From positions 119,660,001 to 119,724,000 of the forward strand of contig NC_059425.1 of assembly GCF_021028975.2 (NCBI RefSeq): 64,000 bases of DNA, written 5' to 3'. This stretch comes from Sphaerodactylus townsendi. Taxonomy: Eukaryota. The translations under genes and the position numbers were made by a program. Positions 12,501-24,500 of the stretch are shown piece after piece. Positions within the stretch are counted from its first letter, which is position 1. Every line of letters begins with the position of its first letter. The notes beneath the pieces are model-generated. The model was not told the origin of the DNA. It did not search any database and saw nothing but the letters and a program-made list of their open reading frames with translations.

Positions 12501-15500
12501 ATTCTGGCATGTAAATCATAAAACCATCTTAGTTCTACAACTGTTTAATAAACATGTCAAAGTAAATGTAAGTATATTCCAAGGTTTCTTTAAAAAGTGA
12601 TAGCATTGATTAAAAATCACTTTGAAGGAACCTGTGAAGTTTAAGTTCAGCTGAACCCTAAAGCAATACCCTGTTTTTACTGTACACTAATAGTTTATCA
12701 ACTCATGGGAGGTCCTGGAATTCAGTAGTTGCCATGGATGTCTCTGTCCCAAAGACTGAGAGATCCATTATTTTCTATCTCTGTTGACGGGTAGACTTGC
12801 TAGCTGTAAATTGTAAACTGGTCCTTCACTGCCACTCTTTTAAAATCCTTTCTTTACTGCTGATAATTTGTTGGGGAACTGTATTAGAATCAGGGGCAAG
12901 CTCATGGAGAACAAAATCAATACCTGGCAGTAGATGATTTTTTTGTTTTTTCCAAAGAATGTCATGGGTTTAACTGGCACTGCTTTGTTAAAGTCTGCAT
13001 GTTTTGCTCCCTCAGATACCACCAAAGAGTACTGTACATTGATATTGATATTCATCATGGCGATGGAGTCGAAGAAGCATTTTATACAACAGATCGTGTT
13101 ATGACAGTGTCGTTCCATAAATATGGTGAATATTTCCCTGGCACAGGGGATTTAAGGGTGAGTTCAATCACACACTGACAGTTTGATTAAACTGGTGTCT
13201 TGCAAGTGTCTTTAAACCTGATTCCCACCTTAACCCACGTAATGGCTAAGAGGAGTGCAAAGGAAAGCCTCTCAAGAATAACATCATATCTTCAGAAATG
13301 GGAGCTTGATAGCAGAAGTTAAAACCTGGTTCTTCAGAAGGGTGTTTATACTCAGCCGTTTCAGACTCCAGGTTGGGGGGGGGGTATGTGACATGATGGA
13401 AGGCTCCTCTGTTTTAAAAACAGCTCCACAAACCTAGATAACTAGCATTCTCGTCAGAGAGATTCTTGGCCCCCATTTGCTCTAGCATGCTGATTTTCTG
13501 CATGGTGTAGCTTTCCCCAATGGGATGCAGTAGTTAAACTGTCAGACTAGAACTATAAAAAGAGCTATTTCCTCCCCCACTCCTATTAAGGAGAAAACTG
13601 TCTGGAACCAGAAAGCATATTTGAGCCTTTTATAAAGATAACAAAGTCTATTCAGTCAAAATTAACCTATCAACATTTCTGTTAAGCCTAATATTTTTAC
13701 CACATGTGGCTATACTCTGCAGTGGACTATTTATAATTATTTGGTACTTTAACTTTTCATTTCCATTACAATACTACTGCATTTTGTTGCACTTATGAAT
13801 GGCCTGATTTTGCACAAAAAGATGATAACCTGAAATGAACTTAATTACTAAAATAATAAATAAATCTAACATTTAGAAAATAAAAATTGCGGGTGAATTT
13901 CTCTTAACTGAATCAGAGCCCCATCTAAATTCAGAGGCAGTGGGCTCTGATGCCTCCAAAAGGACTTTATGGCAACATGGGGAGCAGGAAAAAGGCCTGG
14001 ACCCATCCCCACCACCACCACCACTGAACTCTTCATGGGGCTAAATGGATGTCTGCCACAGAAAGTGTGTCAAACATCTGAGGGCCAGTGCACCATTCAA
14101 TCAGCCCTAAACCCCAGAAGGGAGCCGACTAATGTCAGGTCTGCCCCTGGGAATGCCTTGGCCCAACCTCCACGCATGCTGGCATCTGAGTAGGACGTTA
14201 ATACAGCCCTGCCTCAGCCTCAACCTCTGTGTTTTTTGATGGCGGAGCTGCCCCTCTGCCTGGATAAGTGTTCCAGAGAGGACAAATGCGCTAGCACAGG
14301 GCTGCGCTGCTCTCTAGAGCCCTTTCATCCCCCCCCCCCTTCTTCAGTGGGACTGCCTGATTTCTTTTTTCCAAGTGAAAGATTAAAACATTCTTTCTTG
14401 GATTTCCCAGAGCTAAAGCAAATTATTACCTAATTTACATGTTTCAAATAGACAGCTGTATCCTTTTATTCAGGCACTCTTCCCATTGGACTGAACTAAC
14501 TAGGCTTCCTTTTATTGACAAAATTTTAGAATTTTAATTAGTAATTAAACCAAAGACTGACAAAATAAGCAGACTGGACTACTGCACAGTTGGGTGCAAG
14601 ATAATCAACCATAGTAGCATTGACATTACTTCATCTGACTGAAGTCTTAACTGTTCCTGGCCCAATTTGATCTTCATGTCAACAGGCATTGCTCTCGGAT
14701 GAAGTTTTAAAAATTTTAAATAGCTGGCTTTCACAATGAAACCAGCTAAGTAAAGTTATTATTACATATTTCAGAGGTATGAACCAAACTTCATACCATT
14801 GATTTACCATTAATCATATTTGAAGCTCATTCCCATAAAACAAAATATGGTTGTGGTGATAACTTGTTTCATTTTAACAGGAATAATTTAAGTGCTTGGT
14901 TTAAAATTCCTTTAATAATCAGGACATATTTCATGAGTATTTTCATTCTATTAAGTAATATGCATGTAAAAGGTATATTATAAGTTGAACCAAAGCACAA
15001 ATCAGCCATAATATTGGGCAGGTTAACAGTGTTAAACATTTCTTGAAATGACACCATGAAATAAAGGGAAGGGAAATATGGTATTTAGTTGTGTAATAGA
15101 AAGGAGAGCGGAATCTTAAGTTCCTTAGCAAGGAAGTATGAAGACTGAAATGTAGGATTCTGCTTTTAGCCAAGTTTAGCCTCAAAAATTTGCCACCTCA
15201 GAACCATTTATAATTTAATATTTTTCCTGTGTTCACTGCCACATTGAATGCTGAGCCTAACTGAATTCTGAGACCTGATTTATTTGTTTGGGAATTTTCA
15301 TTCAGGATTGTTATATTATAGAGTACGTATTTCCCTCATAACAGTGTATCTCTCAGAGTCTCTGTCAGATCTCTACAGAGATTCCTGTTTTACCTTTTCA
15401 GTAGAACAGACAATAGAAACATTTTACAGCTGAGCAATAATGCATGTACACATATATATTCTAGCCTTGCATTAACTGTAGGTCTAAATAGATGTGCTAA

Positions 15501-18500
15501 ATGCTACAGGCAAAGTCCAGAGAAGATTTATGTTTTTACAAGAACAGAAATCAGTAAATATTCTTGTTTAATTGTTTGCCAATTATATTGACACTTGAAT
15601 GGTCTGCGGAAAGACTGGAGCACCATTATTTTGCAGTTTGATACTACCTGGATATACTTAATCAGATAGTGACATTACACTTTGGGTTAGTAGTGAATGT
15701 TTTTTGCTGTACTTCTTAGTAGTTAAGCATGTTGGGCCAATAATGGGGTAAACACTCATCTTCTTAGCTGTTAGCATCAGTACATAAGAACAAGCCAGCT
15801 GGATCAGACCAGAGTCCATCTAGTCCAGCTCTCTGCTACTCGCAGTTGCCCACCAGTTGCCTTTGGGAGCTCACATGCAGGATGTGAAAGCAATGGCCTT
15901 CTGCGGCTGTTGCGCCCGAGCACCTGGACTGTTAAGGCATTTGCAATCTCAGATCAAAGAGGATCAAGATTGGTAGCCATAAATCGACTTCTCCATATAT
16001 CTGTCCAAGCCCCATTTAAAGCTATCCAGGTTAGTGGCCATCACCACCTCCTGTGGCAGCATATTCCAAACACCAATCACACGTTGCGTGAAAAAGTGTT
16101 TCCTTTTATTAGTCCTAATTCTTCCCCCCAGCATTTTCAATGAATGCCCCCTATTGTGAGAAAGAGAGAACAATTTCTCTCTGTCAACATTTTCTACCCC
16201 ATATATAATTTTATAGACTTCAATCATATCCCCCCTCAGACGTCTCCTCTCCAAACTAAAGAGTCCCAAACGCTGCAGCCTCTCCTCATAAGGAAGAAGA
16301 AGAAGAGTTTGGATTTATATCCCCCCTTTCTCTCCTGCAGGAGACTCAAAGGAGCTTACAATCTCCTTGCCCTTCCCCCCTCACAACAAACACCCTGTGA
16401 GGTAGGTGGGGCTGAGAGAGCTCCGAAAAGCCGTGACTAGACCAAGGTCACCCAGCTGGCATGTGTGGGAGTGTACAGGCCAATCTGAATTCCCCAGATA
16501 AGCCTCCACAGCTCAGGCGGCAGAGCTGGGAATCAAACCCGGTTCCTCCAGATTAGATACACAAGCTCTTAACCTCGTACGCCACTGCTGCTCCAGGTGC
16601 TCCAGTCCCTCAATCATCCTTGTTGCCCTTCTCTGCACTTTTTCTATCTCTTCAATATCCTTTTTGAGATGTGGCGACCAGAACTGAACACAGTACTCCA
16701 AGTGCGGTCGCACCACTGCTTTATATAAGGGCATGACAATCTTTACAGTTTTATTATCAATTCCTTTCCTAATTATTCCCAACATAGAGTTTGCCTTTTT
16801 CACAGCTGCCATGCATTGAGTTGACATTCCCATGGAACTATCAACTAAGACACCCAAATCCCTTTCCTGGTCTGTGACTGATAGCACTGACCCCTGTAGC
16901 GTGTATGTGAAGTACCTATTTCTGTTGGTGCAGGTATTGAAATAGTTTTTTTTCTTTTCAATAGATATTAAACATAGTAGCTTTGAGATAGCTTTTATGT
17001 TTTAGTTTGATCGACCACAAGATGGTACTGTTGCTTCATGCAACACACAGGAGAAATAACTTTTTTAAAAGGGCAAAGTGCCTTAAGAGGTCATTAAAAT
17101 GGAATCTTGTTTCCTGATTTTTCAGTCATACGGGCTTGAAAGCAAGTTGTGAAATTAATGACTTGGGTAAAGCAGACATAAATACATGTATTTTCCACAT
17201 TGTGAGAGATTTTACTAGACATAATAATGTAGCAGGCCAGTGTCCCATGAAGCTTACAAAAGTCTGTATTTTGTTTACGTACATTGATATTTATATAAAT
17301 AATTATTCACTTGTATCTACTTGAAGATTGTTTGCAGTTGGGAAACCTTTGAAAGTGGATCGTAGACTTTTGAAGTTTTGCTAATTTGTACATCCTTTTT
17401 TTCTTTTTAAGTGAATCACTATAATGAGTAAATTTAGACTTGTGGGTCACCATACCAAAAACGTTGGGAGCCACTACTTTAAATGACATATTTTATTTGA
17501 TTTTGTACTTATTTGATTTTTATTCAGGGGGAAAAAACTTACTGAACTCATTTAGGTTTCTGTGTAACATATTAGTGTTGTAGAGGAGCATTCTTGTTTT
17601 CACAATACTTGGCATCAGTAGGTCTGGGCTACCATGTTTTTGTTAGGTGCCTTGTGTTTCTCTGCACTTAAAAAAAGAAGACAACATATTTGCATGTGCA
17701 ACTGTAGTTATAATGTGGAGAAAAGAGACTGGCTCAGCAGGATCAGTTACAAAGACTGGGAGAGACTGATGAGGCTGATGAAGAAAAGGACCCCGTGGTT
17801 CTGGATCTTTTGTTTTCTATAATTTCTTTAAATATTCAGATATATTTTATTCATCATTTCCTAGTTATGAAATAGTAATGAGGACATTCGTTGGCTAAAA
17901 AGTAGTTTTCTACACTTGTCAGCTCTGCGTTGAGGCAGTTTTGGTTTTTAAAAAGGTACAGAAATTTAAATTGCTACAGTTAATGAAGAGGTGGAAGGAA
18001 TGCCTGCAAGGTTTAGTCCCACAACACATGGTGTAGTAAAAGGGGAATGAATACTGACACACTGCATACAGATAAGCCACGTGTATCTGAAGTGGGTCAT
18101 ACCCCACAAAAGTCAGAGGCACAATATGTTTGCTGAACTACAAGGCTCTTTGTTGTCTTGACTACCAATAACTAACATGTTCATCATCCTGGAAATCGTG
18201 TGGTATAAGTTCACTTGTGACTATAATGTGTCAATAGTTTCTTTAGCTTCTTAAAAAGACACTAGCAGTTATGCTGCTTAACAGATATGGTGGATCTTTA
18301 AAATCACTTTTAGATTGTAAATGTTGATGGGTGGAAAAAAATTGAATACTTTTGCGTTCTTCATTTAGTGAATTGTATAATATTTCTTATAGATGTAATA
18401 GCATGTGACTTTACGGATCTGACTGAGCAGGCACATGACATTACTCCCCATTCCCAGGTAATTGGTTGTCCTTTAAAACAAATCTGCCCATATGTGTCTG

Positions 18501-21500
18501 TGTTACATCATCCCCACTTTTGGTGAAAAAGAGTGAGAGTATTTTTTTTTCTTGTAAAATGATTCCCAACCTCACTTGACTGAGATTGAATAAATTAGTA
18601 CAATCTTAATTTTGCTTTTGGGTCTGATTCTCTCGTATGGTCACATGTCTATCCTTTCATTCTACTGAGAATATTTCCTTGTACGTTGATTTCTGTACTT
18701 GCATGGATCAAATTCTTTATTTGAAGGTTAAATCAGGAATATCTAGCATACTTGGCACTGCAGTCAGTGTACTTTTATGCACTCTTCTGAGCTCAAGTAG
18801 TTTTGAATTAAGTATTACAAAGTGGCATGCACTGTTGTGGCTTTTAATACCACTGTGTTCTGTGTTTGTCCTTGTGTTTGCTGTGTTTTCAGGACATAGG
18901 TGCTGGAAAAGGCAAATACTATGCTGTCAACTTTCCAATGAGAGATGGAATAGATGATGAATCCTATGGACAGATATTTAAACCTGTGAGTAGAGTTTAA
19001 ATCTCATTTAAAATGTAAATATTGTGAAGCTGAATGAGAAGTTCTTCATAATTTCTGCTTCTTTACAGATTATATCCAAAGTGATGGAGATGTACCAGCC
19101 CAGTGCTGTGGTACTGCAGTGTGGTGCAGATTCATTGTCCGGGGACAGGCTGGGATGTTTTAATCTTACTGTTAAAGGTATGAAACAGATAACCATTTTA
19201 TAATGACAACCCTGTATGAGTGAAACTATTTATTTTTGAGCTACTAAAACGTGGGAAAGTGAGTTCTGAAATTTTAGTTTTCTCAAAATAATTTGCTTAA
19301 TATTAAGAATAGAATTTCAAAGAACCCCGGGTATATTTTTCTTTTCCAGTGAGACTAAATGACTCTGGTCAGGCCTAATTTTGATATAAGCATACACTTA
19401 AGAAACCCTATGTCTCATTAGCTTCCCTTGAGCCAATTCCCTTGAGCTTCCCTTGAGCCAATTATTTTAAGAGGCACACCTCAGTGTTTTTGGTTCGTTT
19501 TAAGTAGGGTGCGCAAGTAATACTATTAGAGAGTCAGTTTCTATTTTTGGTTGGAGAGGCTGGGATATAAATGTAATAAATAAATAAAATCACAACATAG
19601 CTATTTGTATCTTTAACAGTGACGTGAAAGAAATTGTACCGTTACCACTACACACACAATTAAAGGACAGCAATTATGAGGCTGCAAAAATATCTTACCC
19701 AAATTTAATCAGGCTCCTTCTAAAAAGTAGCTCTCAATGAATTCCGCTTTCTGTATTTATGTTTTTTAATCATCTCCTAACAGTAGCTAGTTGTTCTGCT
19801 TGAAAATGGTGTACATTCTTGCTTAACAAATTCTCATTGAACTTCAAACATCTTAAAAAATTAACTGTATTTGAATATCTTCTTAAAATATATTAAAACT
19901 GTTAGTTCATTCTTGCTATTTTTCATTATAGTAGTGTCTACTTAAAAATGTGTGCATGTAAAGTGCCATCCAGTCACAGCTGACTTTTAGTGACCCCATA
20001 GTATTTTCAAGGCAAATGATTAAGCAGAGGTAGTTTCCCATTGCCTTCCTCTGCAATCTTCCTTGGTGGTCTCTCATCCAAGTACGGACCCTGTTTAGCT
20101 TCTGAGATTTGATGAGATCAGGCTATACTATACCATTCTACATCCCCGTACTTAAAATAGCGATTACAGATTTCTCATACATATGAATTCCTTTTAACCC
20201 TTAACCAGTACACCCACTCTTTGAACTATATATTTGCCTTTGTGAAGCTCGAAGTCTTACCATTCTCAAACCCTTTTGCACATCGGACTCAGTTCATAGT
20301 ATCCACTGATATGGGTTAAACAATTTCTAACCTACAGAAAGCCATTTTTTTTTGTTTTACTCATTTGATGCTTATCCCTCTCCAAGGCTATTCTGTATTG
20401 GATGTTAGACTTCTTCTTTGGCATGTTTAGCTGAGAGGCTGGATGAGCTGTGCTCCTGGTCTGCAGAAACTATCCTCCACCACTTTTGTCAAGACCAGCA
20501 ACTGTTCCCCAACACTCCAAGCCATATCCATGATACAGTGCTTCTGTAATTCCTGATAGTTATGTGGTGCCTTGCCTTAGCTAGTGTTTTTCTGCAGACA
20601 GTTGCATATATTAGTATTTAATATATTTTGTTTTGTTCGTAATTATATCTGTTTTCTTTCTGTCTTTAATACCCTCTGGTTCATTCCCTCTCAGCTGAAT
20701 TCCAAAGGTTTGGGTCATACATCCAATTTGGTCACTATATAGCTACTCCCAGCAATAAAGTGATCCACATACTTATGAGAACCTTACAACATGACATAAT
20801 GCATGAAATACAAGATTGCCAGTATTTTGCTGTGACTACATCACTGATATGCACTATGGTCATTTTATGAGTAAATTACTGAATCTGTTTATGAATTTTC
20901 CTTCTTTTATGACAGCTGCAATTTATGTAAAAGTTGCTGTCATGAATGCAAAATAGAAAAGCAGATTCCAAAACTGAGATGTTGCATCTGTCCTATTCCA
21001 ACTCCGTAGTTCTTACTGTTTTCCTGATTCTGGCAGGCCATGCTAAATGTGTGGAAGTGGTGAAGACTTTCAACTTGCCTCTGCTGATGCTTGGAGGAGG
21101 TGGATATACCATCCGTAATGTTGCTCGATGTTGGACTTATGAGACTGCTGTTGCCTTAGATTGTGAAATTCCTAATGGTAAGTTTTTGGGGGAAACCACA
21201 CCTGACTCAGAGAAATTGCAAGTGTCCTCACTGCCTTTAGTAAAAGCATAAGTAAACATAACACTTCAGGCAGGTTTAGTAATCAGATCCCTGATTCTAG
21301 CAGCCCAAAATAATCTTGCATTGTGTTTACATTCATAAAGTATGCAGATGATTCACCTTACTCCTGGAATATCCAAGTGGTATCCAGCTCCTGTTGTTGG
21401 CAAGTAACTAGTGAAAAAGGTACACAGTTTATGTCCCTTTGAAATGCATAACCTTATGTACATATACAATAAATCAAACTATGTATTTAATAAAATTTAG

Positions 21501-24500
21501 TATTTGTAAGCAATGCAAACAACAATTGGAAGGTAAATCTTTATTATTAAAAAGAGTGACCCCGTGCTGAACTGTTTGATTATTTTTCTTATTTCTTGGT
21601 GAACTAGTTTTCTGTTGTGTTACTTGAGCCTTGCTTGCCTGTTTTAGATGTAGCTGATGTTTGGATAGAATACTACAGAAACCATTCTTCCCCATGGATT
21701 GAAGTCATTAAACAGTTCAGATTCTAGGCTGAGAGGAAACGAATTTGGTTTTTGGACACAATTCGGCAGGATAGATATGGCCATTTGCCCACCTGCCAGG
21801 AGGAGACAAGAGAGTGGGCTATTTGGATGGCATGAATTGGGCCATGAAGGCTTCTGGGATGTGCACATGCACTAATTTGACTAATGAAAGGGTATACATG
21901 GGAATTGTCATGTCTCAAGAAACAGGAGTCGGAGGAACAAAACATAGTACTTTATTCCATAGCTGCTACTCACACATAGCCTAAAATCACTCTGCAGCTG
22001 TGCTCAATATAACACACTTACTGATTACCAATTACAGTGCAACAGCTGCAGACTCTTAAAACAATACAATACATTACACCTTCCCTGCTCCTGTAATAAT
22101 CTGGTGGGATTCTCTTTAGCTCACCGATGCGTCTCAGCTCCGCTCTGGCTCCTGAGTCTGTGTTTTGTTCCTGGTTCTGCAAAACAATTGGACCCATTTG
22201 CTGTTTCCTTATCACTGCATCTCCATCTGCCCCTGCCTAGATTCCTCGAGGGGACAGTGGACTATTGCTGTTTCCCTTATCCTGCATCTCCATCCTAAGC
22301 CCATGCGCCCTAGATTCCCTCGAGGGACCTAGGAGTTCCTGATCTACTATTGGACCTGGCACTCTCTTTCTTACTTGGTCAACATGTCTACGGATCACCC
22401 AGCCCTTCTTCAGTTCCACCCTATAAGACAAGGGCCCTGTTGGCTGCCTCACAACTGCTGGGACCCAACACGGACCTGCTCCATAATTTCGGACATACAC
22501 CGTATCATCCCTATCAAATGTCGAGGTGCTTTCAACACTTGATGCTTCTTTTAGTGGACGATCATCAGCGCTGAATCGGGACTGCATTAGGTCCCAGCAA
22601 GTAAGTAAGTTTCGATTCATTAGCAACTCCATGGGACTCACTCCGGTGGCACAGTACTGCGGTGTTATGTGCTGTGTTAACAAATTAAGCCAACGGCCGG
22701 TGCCAATCCCCTCTACTATTAAGCCTGGTATAATGTCATCCTTTTGTATTAATACGCACCATCCTTTCTGCCTGCCAACATTAAGTAGCCCGGGATGAAA
22801 GGGGCCGAGGTAACCTGGCGAATAACACCATTAACCATGGAGATACTCTAATCGCGCTTGGATACAAGCTGGCTTGTCCCATTATCCGATACCACCGTAT
22901 CAGGAGGCCATGGGTTGCAAATAAACTACGCGGTGCCCTAATTACTGTTTGTGATGTCATTGGCATTGCTAGCTTCACTTCTAATACATTTGGAATAACT
23001 GAATCCTCTCGGAGTAGAAACACCTGGCCTTGGAAAGGCCCTGCAAAAATCAATATGTACCCTTGACCACGGTCTTTTTTGTGGACTCCCATTGATAGGT
23101 ACAGGGGCCTGTGAGGTGGGGCAGATCGCGTTATCTGACACTCCTTGCTATTGGCCACCCATTCTTCTATTTCACCTATTCATCTTTTGGCCACCACGCT
23201 TAACTGACCCGGGCCAATGCCTTCATTCTCACTATTCCGGGTGCCCTACAGCTACCAAGGCCTCCAGCACCCTAATCCTTAAAGCTGCTGGGATCACTTC
23301 TCTATTTCCCCACAGTAGCAAGCCCCTTGTGGACAGAATATCTGCGTGCTGCCTCATTCCAAATGGTCTGAATTTTTCCTCTAACTTGCAATGGCCAACC
23401 CTTCCATGCCCAATTCAAGACTTCGGGCAAGCACTGGGTCCTTAGCTGACCTCTCTACTTTCTTCTGCAGCTTGCACTGGAAGGCTCTGATAATGAATCC
23501 AACATCAAAACCTCCAAAGTGGGGGAGTGATGCTTCCTCCTCCCTTTGTACTGTGGCGACTCCGCGCATCTACATGCCCAATTTTCTTTCCCGACTGGTG
23601 CTGCAAGACATAATCATATGCATTTCAGGAACATTTGCCCACACTTGGCATTCTAGGGGACAATATCTGTGGTGTCTGGCGCTCTGAGGAAAATAATCCC
23701 AACAGCGGCTTATGGTCTGTAACAATCACAAATGGTAAGCGTATACTGCGTAATCATGAAACTACTGTAACCCCAGCCACTATTGCTGAAATGCCTCCTT
23801 ATCTATTTAGTAGTAATTGCGGCTCCGTTGTAGACAAGCGTCCTAGAATATCGCATATTGGGCTTCCGCATATCCTCCAATTTGATGGCTCAACACTGCT
23901 CCAACTCCATACGAGGGAGGCATCGCGCGCGTCTTAAAATTAATGGCTTCCTCTCATCCAAAATGAACCAATACACTTTCTGATGACAACAATCTTTTGA
24001 TGACATCTCCGGAGATGCCTTCTCATGCTGACTTGTCCACTGCCACGCTGCCGGCTTATCTAATAAGCGGTTGCAGTGGCTCTGCCACTATTGGCCTTAT
24101 TCTTTCAAGAATGAATGGGTAAAATTTAGCAATCCCAAAATGCCTGTAGCTCTTGGCACTTTGACTGTGGTGCTGGGGGCATCCTGGATAGCCTTCACCT
24201 TTCTGATGTCGGGTGGATTGCCCTTGCATCTACCATGTATCCCAAAACTCTACTTGCGCTACTCCAAACACACATTTTTCAGCTTGTGGCGCAATACCCT
24301 ACATCTGAGAAGCACTGCAATTGCTTTCATTACCCGTGTCCATCGGTTCCTCCCTCAGTTGCACCCACTATCAAGACATCATCAAAATCACGATTTATGA
24401 CTCCCGGCCAGAAGTTTCTTAATATTTCTTCCATCAAGCTCTGGAATATCCCAGGGCTACACTCACTCAAATTGCGGCGGCTTTGCTCTGAATGCCCCTG

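Noticed and set aside
20060-20135. Functional 5S rRNA gene
   Set aside because: Partial, diverged and fused to a SINE body and tail with a TSD.
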